Shown here in pieces: positions 1-13,413 of a stretch of DNA of 64,000 nucleotides. Under the pieces are notes generated by a model. It ran no database searches and was not told where the DNA came from. It saw nothing but the letters and a program-made list of their open reading frames with translations. The DNA comes from Octopus vulgaris (Eukaryota): assembly GCA_951406725.2 (NCBI GenBank), contig OX597830.1:77004001-77068000 (forward strand), in the 5' to 3' direction. The stretch's first letter is position 1, and every line of letters starts with the position of its first letter. The position numbers and the translations under genes are program-made.

Positions 1-142
1 ATGTGTTTATAAGCCATTTAAGAAACACACAAAAATCATTAGATTAAACTTCAACATTTCAATTTAATTTACCCAAATATTTTCGTCGCTTTGAGACCGC
101 GACCTATTCACTGACAAAATTCCGTGCTGCATCTTGAATTTG

Positions 143-232
<90 letters not shown>

Positions 233-580
233 TTTGTCATCTGAAGTGTTAAGATTGTAATGCTACCTGTTATAGATATGTGCTTGCAACGAAAAAGTGA
301 TTAAGTTTCAAAATAAGTGGATGGCTAGTATGTGTGTACGTGTGTATCTGTGCACACACACACACACACACACACACATTTGTAGACGTTTGGTAGAACA
401 AACCGTATAAGCAGGAATCAATAGATCAATAGATGATCAAATATGTTCTGTTTATTAAGTTTGTAAATTTTGCCGAAATATGCGCGTGTATATATGTTTA
501 CGTATATACATATAAATGTCTGTATGTCCGTGTGTTTGTGTTAAGGTGCGTGTGTGTATCTGACTATCTTTCTCTCTCTC

Positions 581-636
<56 letters not shown>

Positions 637-818
637 TGTGTGTGTTTATACATATACATACATATATACACAGAAAAGCACATATTTGTATATATATACA
701 CACGGTTATACATACACACACACAAAAAACATACACAACGTACACACACATGTTCATGTACACACACACACAAAAGCATACACAACGTACACACACATGT
801 TCATGTACACACACATAC

Positions 819-855
<37 letters not shown>

Positions 856-1855
856 CACTTACATACACACACAACCATACAAACACATACTCACCCGCAC
901 GCACACGCACACACACACATACTCACCCCGTTAATACCCATGTTTAATGACTATAACATAACCTATACTTAACACTCTTGTCATTGTGATAAACAGATAG
1001 ATTACGGAATTTTAATGCCTCGTCGTATCATCTAGAATATTTTATTTCCCATTCTACGTACTCCACCGCCCAGCACCACGGAACACCACGCAACACCACA
1101 CTCCACCATCCCACAAAGCTCACACTTCTTTTAATCTGCTTACCAATTCTCTTTGTAATTCCTCTCTTCATTTTACATTCGTACAACTCATTGAACCGCG
1201 CCGAGCTGTTGAGTCAAAATCCTTTAATTTGTGAATGTAATAATGTACGCAATAGCTAATTAAGTTTACATTTTCTTTATTCATTTACTTGTTGAATTGT
1301 TTTATTTATTCTTTCTTATAATCAGTTATTTTATTTATTTGCTTATTCATCTATTAGTTTATGAGTTCTTTTAATTAGATTGTTTGTTATCTGAAGCGTT
1401 AAGTAAGACGAGAAATATAAATAAATAAACAAATAGAACTGAAGAGTTTGATGCGAAGTATACGATATATTCTTCACTGGTGTTATACTCTTAAGTTCTT
1501 TCTATGAGGATTCTTTAAAAATCTGTTTTCTGAAATAATGTTTGTCACGTCTGTGTTGCACAGAATTGTCTTGACTTGTACGAGAATATACGATGTGTAT
1601 GCGCGCGTATATGCACATATATAGAAGAGGAAGAGTTTGAATCACTGGTAGCCTAAATTAATAGGTATGCGTTGTGAGTGCTCCAATTAAAATCTACTAG
1701 GGTCCAAGTTGTGGCCACCGTCCAGTAGATATAATTTAAAGAAGAGGTAAACAAAATCAAGAAAGCAAAATCAAAATCATGCACTCACACACACACGCAC
1801 ATACAAGTGCAGGAGGTGGTCAAACTCTGCATAAGGAGTAGACAACCACCATATT

Positions 1856-1896
<41 letters not shown>

Positions 1897-1943
1897 ATAT
1901 ATGCATATATGTGTATATATATATGTATATGTATATCCAGATG

Positions 1944-1974
<31 letters not shown>

Positions 1975-1983
1975 ATATAGATA

Positions 1984-2027
<44 letters not shown>

Positions 2028-2149
2028 TATATATGTATATATATTTGTATATATATGTATATATATATATATATACATATATATACAAATATATATACAT
2101 AAATATGTACATATATATATACACACATATATATCTATATATACATACA

Positions 2150-2196
<47 letters not shown>

Positions 2197-2302
2197 TTCT
2201 ATATATGTCCCCTCCCACAATATTTCCGACCTCGTGCCTATCGCAGAAATTGTTGGCCTTGCGCGTGGTTTTTGTTAGTCCTTGTGGCCAATAAACGAAC
2301 GA

Positions 2303-2397
<95 letters not shown>

Positions 2398-2949
2398 GTG
2401 AGAGAGCAGTGCATGCCATCAAAGTGACACTGGGGTAAAATATACGAAGCCCAATATACCCATCATGACTACCCGTCTGATAAAGGTACACCAGGCACAT
2501 GCATCACAACCATATGTGTGCGACATGGTGATCTCATATCAAGATAAACAGCACATGACCTTGCAGGTTGGGCCCAGTTAGAATTTTCTTCAGGTTGAGT
2601 AGCCCATCCCGCTCAAAAGGTCCCTGAATAAGGGTTCTTTATGGATGTTGAAAGAACCACCCATGTTTCCAGAGGTGAATTATTCAAACCCCAAAGAATC
2701 CCTCTCAACACATGGCTATGATGCTCCCCCACTACTTCTGCTCGTGATCAGAGATGCACATATCGTCAGCCACTAAGGGACATGCTCAACTGGTTAAGGT
2801 CAAACAACTGACAAGCAAATCTGTGGTATTGAGCAGAATATTTGCTGTAGCCCATCTTTTATACCAAGACAAAACAATGTACATGATAACACTTCCAATC
2901 AGTTAAGATCAGAAGCCATGAGAGCCACTGCCTGGTACTGCATCAGGGC
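2398..2949. mobile_element. ~550-bp non-coding interspersed element embedded in (ATT)n, copy 1
   Basis: Complex sequence flanked on both sides by (ATT)n. A near-identical copy (about 19 differences counted by eye) lies at 59442-59968, also inside (ATT)n. Confidence 0.85.
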
Positions 2950-2962
2950 ATTATTATTATTA

Positions 2963-3042
<80 letters not shown>

Positions 3043-3224
3043 GTAACAAGCAGGTCTTTTATTTATTGGCTACGATAAAAATGAGGACAATAACGTGAAC
3101 ACACACAATGGCCAAATGTTAAACAGACTTGCTATTTGATACAACTTTGTATTTGAAATCTGTTTTTTCTTTTTTTACTTTTTATCAAACAGATAAGAAT
3201 GAAAGTAAAGACTGCTGATTAGAT

Positions 3225-3650
<426 letters not shown>

Positions 3651-3987
3651 TTTGACAGTTATTTTAATTATCCCATTTTAATGTTATCAGTTACTTGTCA
3701 TTGTTCATTTTTGTCTCATTAGACGAGAGGAGCCGCGTTGTCCAACCTTGCTACTATTATATACGGATACGTGTATACACACATTCATAATGCGCGTGTG
3801 CGTGTGTGTATGTATGTTCATGTATATATATGTATGCACGTAACCTTCTGTATTATGACTACTGTAAGAAAGACCTCTGTGTGTGTTCGATATAAACATG
3901 AACTATTCAAACAGCAATTTTGTCCAGAGGGTGTTGTTATAGGCTCAGTCCAACATCCTAATTGTCATCTGGGAGACTTATAAGAAT

Positions 3988-4397
3988 ACTCTTTTACTCT
4001 TTTACTTGTTTCAGTCCTTTGACTGCGGCCATGCTGGAGCACCACCTTTAGTCGAGCAAATCGACACCAGGACTTATTCTTTGTAAGCCTCGTACTTATT
4101 CTTTCGGTCTCTTTTGCCGAGCCGCTAAGTTACGGGGACGTAAACACACCAGCATCGGTTGTCAAGCGATTTTGGGGGGTACAAACACAGACACACAAGC
4201 ACACACATATGCATACATACATATACATATATATGACGGGCTTCTTTCAGTTTCCGTCTACCAAATCCACTCACAAGGCTTTGGTCGGCCCGAGGCTATA
4301 GTAGAAGACACTTGCCCAAAGTGCCACGCAGTGGGATTGAACCCGGAACCATGTGGTTGGCAAGCAAGCTACTTACCACACAGCCACTCCTGCGCCT
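3988..4397 (-). mobile_element. tRNA-derived SINE family S1 (head GGCGCAGGAGTGGCTGTGTGGTAAG), full length
   Basis: A-box TGGCTGTGTGG, B-box-like GGTTCAATCCC, CORE-like (C)TTGGGCAAGTGTCTT, internal microsatellite and (GTAAAAGA)n tail. About 10 copies in the window. Confidence 0.85.
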
Positions 4398-4419
4398 ATG
4401 TCGAACTATTTGTCGTTTT

Positions 4420-4745
4420 TGTTAGAGCGTCGTACTCACAAACTTGAGATAGTGAGTTCGATTTCCGGACCGGGCTGCGTGTTGTGTTCTTGAGCAAAAC
4501 ACTTTATTTCACGTGGCTCCAGTTCACTCAGCTGTGGAAAGGATTTGCGACGTCATAAGTGCCAAGCTGTATCGGTCTTTGCCTTTCCCTCGGATAACAT
4601 CGGTACCATGGAGAAGGGGTGCTGGTATGCATGGGCGACTGATAGTCCTCCATAAACAAGCTCACTCGGGCTTCTGTCTTGGAAAGTACATTTCTAGGTT
4701 CAATCCCATCGTCATTCCTGACCGAAGGGTGTCTTTACGCTTACC
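4420..4745 (+). mobile_element. tRNA-derived SINE family S3, diverged, with tail type B
   Basis: B-box GTTCGATTTC and central TGTGTTCTTGAGCAAAACACTTTATTTCACG. The 3' part matches the tail at 47418-47550 (minus). Confidence 0.7.
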
Positions 4746-5181
4746 CTTTATGTATGTACGCATTTTTATATGCTTGTATAGCTGAAAGAAGTTTAAAGAA
4801 ATATATGTATATATGTATGTACGTATATTTACATTGGTTTAACATTTTAGCACGAGGCCAGCAATCTTCGGAAAGGGGCTAACCGATAACATTGACCCCA
4901 CTACTCAACTTGTACTTATTTTATCGATCCCAAAATTATGAAAGGCAAAGCCGACCTCGCAGGAATTTCAGCTCATATTTTACTATACATATCCATCATT
5001 TTCTGTTAAAAGGACTTATAGACGAGTTTCATTTCTTCATTTCCCGGAAGAGAAGATTACATTGTTTTACACCATTATATTCCTTTGGAATAATACCAAT
5101 GATATCTTCGAAACATGTGTCGGAAGGAAAAGAATTTGAATAACACCTGTATTTAACTCCATATATTTATATATATATAGT

Positions 5182-5222
5182 GGAGGCACCACATGGCCCA
5201 GTGGTTAGGGCAGCGGACTCGC
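5182..5222 (+). mobile_element. Truncated head of tRNA-derived SINE family S2
   Basis: TGGCCCAGTGGTTAGGGCAGCGGACTCGC matches the heads at 15581 and 20516. Confidence 0.7.
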
Positions 5223-6293
5223 TATGATGCTATCTATGAAGCCTGACACCTAACCATAACCCTATTTTTAAAAGGACCCGAGAACATTTACTGGATTGCA
5301 GTGTGTTTCAAAGCTGGATGTGAGATTATGGATAGAATGATGTCTATTTGATCAGTTTTCATTTGGGGCTATAGAACATCAACAACAATATCAAAAACAT
5401 ATATATTAAGCAGCTTACAAGCAACGACATTAAAATAATAAAGCGACAGCGATAGCACCTTTACGTGGTCGCACAAATTGCTAGAAACAGCAGTCAAGAA
5501 TCTTTAAAACTGACTACCATCTAAAAAGTGTGGATATAAAAAATATCGGATAAGGAACCTCGGGTGACATCATACTTGAGAAAATAAGAGGAGATGGTCA
5601 CAGCTGGAATGGTATTCATCATTGATCTATCCAGTTAGGGTTAACCTGTGGTCTAAACCATTAAAAGCAACAGTGACAAATCGAAGACAATAACGATGAT
5701 ATACAGAGTGCGGTAAAAATTCTCACCCATTTACGTTTAATGTGAAAGGTGAATCTGGAAGATTGTTTTAGTCGCAACTTATGTGACTGAAAGGAACTGC
5801 CATCCAACCAGGTTAAGAAACATGTCGCTTACGTCGTTGATTATTATAATATATTTAGTTGACATTTAGATAGTTGTATGTATTATCATTGTTGCTCAAC
5901 ACATGTTCATATTAAGAGAGAATGAGGTTTAGATGAGGGAGAGGGGAAAGAGAAAGGTAGGGTGATGGTGGTGGTGGTGGTAGTGGTGGTGGTGGCACAA
6001 AAACAAATCTTAAGATATTTGATATCACATACGATAAGCTGAGTGGGTGGTCGCTGTCGTCAACGTCATGACGTAAGAAGCGAAATAAACATCTCGTATT
6101 TATATATACTCCTTTGATATGTGTGTGCATGTGTATGTGTGTGTGTATGCGTGCGTGCGTGTGTGCATATGTATTTCATAAATATTTATTGTCATATTCT
6201 TCTTGTGTGTGTGTGTGTGCGCATGTGTGCGTGTGTGCGTGCCTGCATATGTATTTCATAAATACTTATTGACATATTCTTCTTATGTGTGTG

Positions 6294-6361
<68 letters not shown>

Positions 6362-6442
6362 AGTGCGTGTGTGCGTGTGTGTATGTGTGTGTGCGTGCGC
6401 GCGTGTATAATTATGCGCGCATGTATATGCAGAAATAAACAT

Positions 6443-6628
6443 ATATTAATAGTTATCGCCAAGCTAACATGGCAGTCCAGAAAAATAGGACGAATGCTGC
6501 CGTTGATGAGGTTCACGAGATCATCGCACAAACCTAGCTAGAGGCGATGACCTCTTGGAGCTAATCAACGACAACATTCGTCCTATTTTTCTGGACTGCC
6601 ATGTTAGCTTGGCGATAACTATTAATAT
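6443..6628. repeat. 186-bp palindromic element (MITE-like hairpin)
   Basis: Arms of 85 bp. The outer 54 bp are perfectly complementary and the inner 31 bp carry 7 mismatches. 16-nt loop. Confidence 0.9.
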
Positions 6629-6720
6629 CCAGTATCGCTGCCGTAGTCTCCTTTAGAGAGAATTAGAAATAACGATATTTTTATAACATATATTAATTTA
6701 TACATTATATATATATATAG

Positions 6721-7035
6721 AGCGGGGGCTACTAATCCCAAGGTTCCGAGTTCGATTCCAGGCAGTGACCTGAATAATAAAATAATAATGATAACAACAA
6801 CAACAACAAAAACAACAACAGCAACAACAAAAGCAATAACAACAACAACAACATCAAAAATACTTTAGAATTGAGAACCCAGGTACGAAATTTCCCCTAA
6901 GACACCTGATGAAGGCTGAAAGGTATATCAGCCGAAACGTTGTGTTAACAACACAGAAGATGGGGACAAATATCCGTCGAATGTAACTAATGTAAATACT
7001 GTACATAAATCCTCATCTCTTAAATATAGAACTGT
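6721..7035 (+). mobile_element. SINE-like element: tRNA-like head, (AAT)/(CAA) linker, hammerhead-containing tail
   Basis: B-box GTTCGATTCC at 6750-6759 with the 5' end truncated at (TA)n. HHR at 6901-6946. Confidence 0.7.
6901..6946 (+). ncRNA. Minimal type I hammerhead ribozyme
   Basis: Stem I GACAC/GTGTT, core CTGATGA plus A, stem II GGCTGA/TCAGCC, GAAA, 1-bp stem III within palindromic AACGTT, GUU cleavage triplet. Confidence 0.8.
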
Positions 7036-7044
7036 ATTCGATAA

Positions 7045-7460
7045 AACAGTCCTTCCCGCTATGCAAATTAAATAAAATTTGGGATTTTTTTGCGTATTGT
7101 GAAAATGGCAACAAAAACAGGACAGTGAGAACGAAAAAGTAAAAACAAACGGTGAGGACTGTTAAACCAAGACGATGTGAAGTGGTGAACGCTGGAAAAA
7201 CGATATTTCAGAAAAGACAGGTAAATTCGAAACGCAGAGTGGATAAAACGGGGTACAACCGATGAAGGGATTGGGCTTTATGTTGCATGTCTCGTTTCTC
7301 TTTTTGTTTTTGTTTTTTTTTTGTTTTTTTCGTTGTTCGAAAAGAAGTTCGTTTTCTATGTTTCTGATTTTTATGTTCTCGTTTCTCATTCTGTCTACGT
7401 TTTATTTTTATGTCCTGTAGTCATATATGCATGTATATATACATATATATGTAGGTATGT
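7045..7460. mobile_element. Unclassified repeat with internal inversion (possibly Penelope-derived)
   Basis: 7047-7130 is the reverse complement of 35275-35360, while 7225-7460 is co-oriented with 35390-35600 and with the right arm of the 29763-30220 palindrome. Confidence 0.5.
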
Positions 7461-7705
7461 ACATATATGTATGTATATATACGGTGCTGAGAGGGACAAA
7501 CGCATATATGTGTGTGTGTCTATATATATATGCATATGTGTATGTATGTATCTGTGTGTGTATGTGTGTGTGTGTGTGTATACACCCTTCAACAAAGTAA
7601 CAGTCATGTGTACAACTTGAACAGACACATATCAGTACATAAACATACGCTCACATGTACATATACTTGTACACACATACAGACACGTCTACATACTTAT
7701 CTAAA

Positions 7706-8142
7706 TACTCTCTCCAACGCCGCCGGGAGGGCCACATCATTTGTGTGATGTGGAAAATATTCCATCAATATTGAATAAATAATGTTGGCATCAATTTTAA
7801 AATCCATCCAAGACTTGGCCCCCGTGCTATCCATCCACTACAAAATTTGAACTTCAGGACACATAACAACATTATGTCACAATTACTTTACCTCAACAGG
7901 TCCAGCTCTCTTTAATACCATACCAAAACAAGTCAAAACGGAAACGGATCTCATAAAATTCAAAAGTTCACCGAACAAATTTCTTCTAAACAGCCCGGAC
8001 CAAACTCTTATACCCGGATAAACAATTATAGCTCTTTGCTAGAATGGGCCATGGTGCCCCATATATGACTAAAAGACTTCACCAGGTGGTGCTCTTAAGT
8101 TAGATATAGCCTAGGCCTATACTGGCCGAAGCCTATCAAAGT

Positions 8143-8143
<1 letters not shown>
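7706..8143 (+). pseudogene. 5'-truncated CR1-like LINE, ORF2 C-terminus plus 3' UTR
   Basis: Manual translation gives YSLQRRREGHIICVMWKI*..HPRLGPR and, after a frameshift, TGPALFNTIPKQVK..KFKSSPNKFL..PDQ..PG. These match CR1-group ORF2 C-terminal motifs. Confidence 0.8.
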
Positions 8144-8174
<31 letters not shown>

Positions 8175-8242
8175 CACACATAGATATTTACATGTAAACA
8201 GATACAGTTACGCCCAAATAAATATATATTCTATACACATCT

Positions 8243-8310
<68 letters not shown>

Positions 8311-8314
<4 letters not shown>

Positions 8315-8504
8315 CTTCAAGGAATACCAGATAAGCCACCCATAATTGGATACAACTCACCCAACAAAAACTCACTACTTGAATGGAACATAAACAAAAC
8401 TTGACTTAAACAGGATTCAAATAATCCTATCAGGTGGTGCTATTAAGTTAGACATGGCCTGGACCAATCTTTGGTCGAAACATATCTAAGTTTATCTAAG
8501 TTTT
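8311..8504 (+). mobile_element. Second, shorter CR1-like LINE 3' end
   Basis: [18 protein letters not shown]. Shares CAGGTGGTGCT.TTAAGTTAGA with 8082-8105 and has an (ATCTAAGTTT)2 tail. Confidence 0.7.
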
Positions 8505-8514
8505 ATATATATAA

Positions 8515-9078
8515 TTCCTTCTTTCTCTCATTCTCTCTCTACTCTCACGTGACCTGCTGGTCAATCCTTGGCGCGCTCTGTTTCTTCCCCCCTCTTTAAT
8601 TCCTTCTCTTTCTTTCTCTTTCTCTCTCTACTCTCACGTGACCTGCTGATCAACTCGCCATTCCGCTGGTGACCGCTGCCGGTTCAACATTGTCTTCGTC
8701 CGCCGAAAAGGCATTTTTTCAAAACACGCCTGCTAGATAAGTTAAATTTGTCTAAAGTCGTAAGACACCTGCTGTTGTCCTGTTATTACCATTCTCGTTT
8801 TTAATTTAATTTTGTCTTTTGTATTTATATTCGTGTAGTTTCGTCTGTCTTTCTGTCCTTGTTTCGTTTACATTCGATCCTTTTTCCAAGAAATCTAATG
8901 CTCGCAGCTTAGTTTTTCATTGGGGCTGGCCGTTTCGGAGCAATATCAGAATTAATCAGCCGAAATTTGCTTTGATGATCCGGTTCCTGACTGAAGATTA
9001 AAGGCTTCGAATGACCCGTCCGTTTTTTGTGTCGTCTCTTTGTGTATTTCACGTTCTTGTCCCTTTTTATATATAATT

Positions 9079-9080
<2 letters not shown>
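8515..9080 (+). mobile_element. Unclassified interspersed repeat
   Basis: 8870-9070 matches 52100-52300 (TTCCAAGAAATCTAATGC..TGGGGCTGGCC..TTCGAATGACCCGTCC). Internal CTACTCTCACGTGACCTGCTG is duplicated. Confidence 0.65.
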
Positions 9081-9115
<35 letters not shown>

Positions 9116-9190
9116 TGTATATACACACACACATACGCATACATGCAAGCATAATATATGTACGTATGTATGTATACTTGTGTCTATGTA

Positions 9191-9362
9191 TTCTTTTATT
9201 CTTGTATTTGTTTCAGTCATCTAACTGTGGTCATGCTGGGGCACCGCTTTTAGTCGACCAAATTGACCCTAGGAATTATTCTTTGTAAGCCTAGTACTTA
9301 TTCTGTGTGGGTTTTTTTTGTCAGTTGTCAAGCGATAACAGGGAAACAAATGCAGGCACACA

Positions 9363-9422
<60 letters not shown>

Positions 9423-9606
9423 TGTATATTTATATACGACGGGCTTCTTTCAGTCTCCCTCTACCAAATCCACTCACATGGCTTTGGTCGACCCTAAGCT
9501 ATAGTAAAAGACATCTGCCCAAGTTGCCAAGCAGCGGGACTGAACCCGGAACTGTGATTGGAAAGCAAGTTTCATGTCACGCAGCCATGCAGCCACGCCT
9601 GCGCCT
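9191..9606 (-). mobile_element. SINE family S1
   Basis: Homologous to 3988-4397, with an expanded internal (TA)n. Confidence 0.8.
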
Positions 9607-9994
9607 ATGTATGTATGTATGTATGTATGTATGTATGTATGTATGTATGTATGTATGTATGTATGTATGTATATATATGCACACACTCATTATACAATTA
9701 TACTTACATAAAACATGCACACAGAAATATATACATACGAAAATTAAATAGGTGCATACATACATATATGCATGTATACATATATACACCCATATTGCCT
9801 CTCTTATTTATGAAATCATATAAAAGCCACAGATGGAAAAACTGGAACTGTATAGGTAGCTTTCCGGTGGAACGGCTCCTCGTTATATATCCCACACTCT
9901 GCCTCTGGTGCTATATGCTGTCACGTATGCGATAGCTCTTAAAGCATTCTGTACTCATTTACCTAGCTGTAATTACGAGTCAGCGAGGGTTCCA

Positions 9995-10760
9995 ATTTGT
10001 GGTCATTAGACCTGCTAGAAATAGCAGCTAAATCTCTCTACCATTTTAATAGTGTGAAAAGCGTATTTTACTATGTGGTTCCATAAGAGGTGATGGTCGT
10101 GGTTGAATTGTGTTTCTTTATATGCTGTGCTCGCTCAGATGCTTAGATGAAGACTCCAGCTACAAAAACAATAAAAGTAGTAGCAATAAGAACAACAAAC
10201 CATTCTGTGGAATTGCTGATGATGGATCCTGTATGTGGTCGCTCATTCTGTCAGAAATAGCAGTCAAATCTAATTCACATAACACACAGCACCTAGAGAA
10301 AAGGAAGGAGGAATGTATCCATGGTGGACGGAACGCTTTTGACCGCAAGTCTGCTCGATGTGTGTTGACCTGGGGCTAAATTGCAAAAGCAGCAGCAGCA
10401 ATTTAACTAAATATAAGCTAACGAAGGAGTCTCTGCATATTCATACGAACTTCTAAAATTAGCAGCCAAATGTCCTTAAAATCAGGCCAATCTGTCTTCA
10501 TAAAATGGAACAACACGTTAGGCAGACATCTTTGGATATAGAAAAGAACCCTAATAAACAAGATGGTCACGGAAGTAATGTCTAATGTCATAGGTTTCCG
10601 CTCGATCAGAGCAAACCTGGAATTAAACATCTACAACATAATGATCTTTTTGGTATCAATGTATGTAAACTCAGGGCGACCTCTCGGTCTGTTGGAAATA
10701 GTAGTCAAATCTCCTTTATATTAGCCCCCTACTGTCTTGACAAAGGAAACGTAATAAATA
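9995..10760 (+). repeat. Four head-to-tail diverged copies of an old ~200-bp repeat
   Basis: A motif like CTGCTAGAAATAGCAGCCAAAT recurs at ~10012, 10248, 10452 and 10690, with related 3' parts. Solo copies near 5465-5670 and 58230. Confidence 0.65.
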
Positions 10761-10914
10761 ACAAAAGAAATCGAATATATGGGTGGGGTGAGCTGGGGGT
10801 TTAGTCCTACTTTTACAAAAAGAAAACATGGATCTACATATACATGCACAAATATATGCAAACACAAACATATAGTGTATGCTCGCAGGTGCATACACAC
10901 AGTCATATATACAA

Positions 10915-11486
10915 ACATACATATATACATACATACATGCATACATACATACATACATACATACATACATACATACATACATACATACATACATGCATAC
11001 ATGCATACATACATACATACATACATACATACATACGTACATACGTACATACATACATACATGCATACATACATACATGCATACATACATACATACATGC
11101 ATACATACACGTACATACATATATGCATACATACATACATAGATACATACATACATACATACAAACATACATACATGCATACATACATACATGCATACGT
11201 GCATGCATACATACATACATACATACATACATACATACATACATACATACAAACATACATACATACATACATACATACATACAAACATACATACATACAT
11301 ACATACATACATACATACATACATACAAACATACATACATACATACATACATACATACATGCATACATACATGCATACGTGCATACATACATACATACAT
11401 ACATACATACATACATACATACATACATACATGCATACATGCATACATACATACATGCATACATGCATACATACATACATACATAC
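10915..11486. repeat. (TACA)n microsatellite, ~570 bp
   Basis: Directly visible. Confidence 0.95.
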
Positions 11487-11842
11487 AGTCCTAAATCAAC
11501 CCGAAATAAAGTACATAAATTCAGTTGAACGAAGAAGCTGATTAACTATGACTTTAGATATTGAATCTTAAAAGAACTTGATACTCTGCTCTGTATTTTC
11601 TATGCTGAGTTAATTTTCCGATAATTTAAATATACGCTTGACCAGAGAGGGAAGAATGGAAAAAATAAATAAATGAAAATGATATAACGGATGCTAAGCC
11701 ATTAGAGTTATTTCCCCTGAATCAGATATCTCATCGCAGGTTAAAAATTGCAAAACGTGACAAAAAGGCTAAGATTAAAAAACAAATTAAATGAACGTAT
11801 GAATAAAAGAACGAATTTTAATGAACAAGGTGTGAATGATAT

Positions 11843-12067
11843 AGCTGGCAGAAACGTCAGCACGCCGGCCGAAATGCGTAGCCGTATTTCGTCTACCGTT
11901 ACGTTCTGAGTTCAAATTCCGCTGAGGTCGACTTTGCCTTTCATCCTTTCGGGGTCGATGAATTAAGTACCAGTTACGCACTGGGATCGATGTAATCGAC
12001 TTAATCCGTTTGTCTGTCCTTGTTTGTCTCCTCTGTGTTTAGCCCCTTGTGGGCAGTAAAGAAATAG
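11843..12067 (+). mobile_element. tRNA-derived SINE family S4 (head GGCGGCGAGCTGGCAGAATCGTTAGC)
   Basis: B-box GAGTTCAAATTCC and conserved central GCCTTTCATCCTTTCGGGGTCGAT.AATTAAGTACC (resembles Nin/Deu-type SINE domains). More than 15 copies in the window. Confidence 0.85.
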
Positions 12068-12080
12068 ATATATATATATA

Positions 12081-12406
12081 TTCTCTTAGTCTTTTATTTT
12101 TTTCGGTCATTTGACTGCGGCAATGCTCGAGCACCTTAAATTCGAAGAAATCGACCCCAGATCTTATTCACTGGTTCACAGGGTGGGTTGGGGAACAAAC
12201 ACATACACAAAGACACGCATACACACACATACATATATAAATATATACGACGGGCTTCTTTTAGTTTCTCTCTACGAAATCCTCTCACAAGGCCTTGGTC
12301 GACTCAGGGCTACAGTAGAAGACTCTTGCCCAAGGTGCTTCACAGTGTGACTGAACCTAGAACCATGTGGTTGGGAAGCAAGCTTCTTACCACACAGCCA
12401 CGCCTG
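12081..12406 (-). mobile_element. SINE family S1, internally deleted
   Basis: Homology to 3988-4397. Confidence 0.75.
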
Positions 12407-12535
12407 ATATTTTCTTTAGTATTTCTATAATCGGCAACAGTTGCGAAGTAGATGTAACTTTTGTGGATAAAAATGTTTTTAAAAATATACGTATATACCA
12501 ATACCACGTAGATATACGCATTTATATATGAGTGT

Positions 12536-12568
<33 letters not shown>

Positions 12569-12578
12569 TGTCGGTGTG

Positions 12579-12619
<41 letters not shown>

Positions 12620-13329
12620 AAATATATATATGGGCATGTGTATACGCGTGTGTATGGATGTACACATACACACACGCATGCGTGCGCACGTACACACACA
12701 CACACATATCTACAAAATTAAGGATTAGAGTAGATAAAATCCAGGTTACATAGGTTTCGTAGAAAGCAGAACCTCGGAAGTAGTAATTACCCAAAAGAGG
12801 GATAATCCGCAAGCAACTTGTCGGGTCAAAGATCCCTTAGTCAAATGAAATTTACATTGTCCTCAAGGGATCACATGACGACAATGTCAACTCCATTCCC
12901 TAATTTTGGATTTCTTTTTTTTTTTTCTTTGTTCGCATATGCAGCAATCAAGTTGCTAACAGTGAACTATGAAAGCCGTCGGAAAACCGATTATAGCAGC
13001 GACTCCATTTAAGAATATCTGAAGAAGGAATTTTATTCCGAAATATCATCGGACTATGTTTAACTAAATATGAAATATCTTGTTTCAGCTTATTGAAGTT
13101 CGATATTCACATATAGTCAATAAACCACTATTGTTCCTGAAGTTTTTTTTAATACTTTCTATGGACTTCTCGAAGCTTACTAACTTCCTACACTTTGATT
13201 CTTGGATCATACCTTTACATACATACATACGTACATACATACATTCATACATACATACATGCATACATACAAACACTTACATACATACATACATACATAT
13301 ATACATACATACATACATACATTCATACA

Positions 13330-13409
<80 letters not shown>

Positions 13410-13413
<4 letters not shown>

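Noticed and set aside
6160-6300. Small local duplications (also 730-815, 36974-37050, 38560-39000)
   Set aside because: Ordinary slippage or unequal exchange within microsatellite-rich DNA.
8985-9020. Hammerhead at CTGAAGA..TTCGAATG (also 52220)
   Set aside because: GAAT instead of GAAA in both copies, and no convincing stem I or II.
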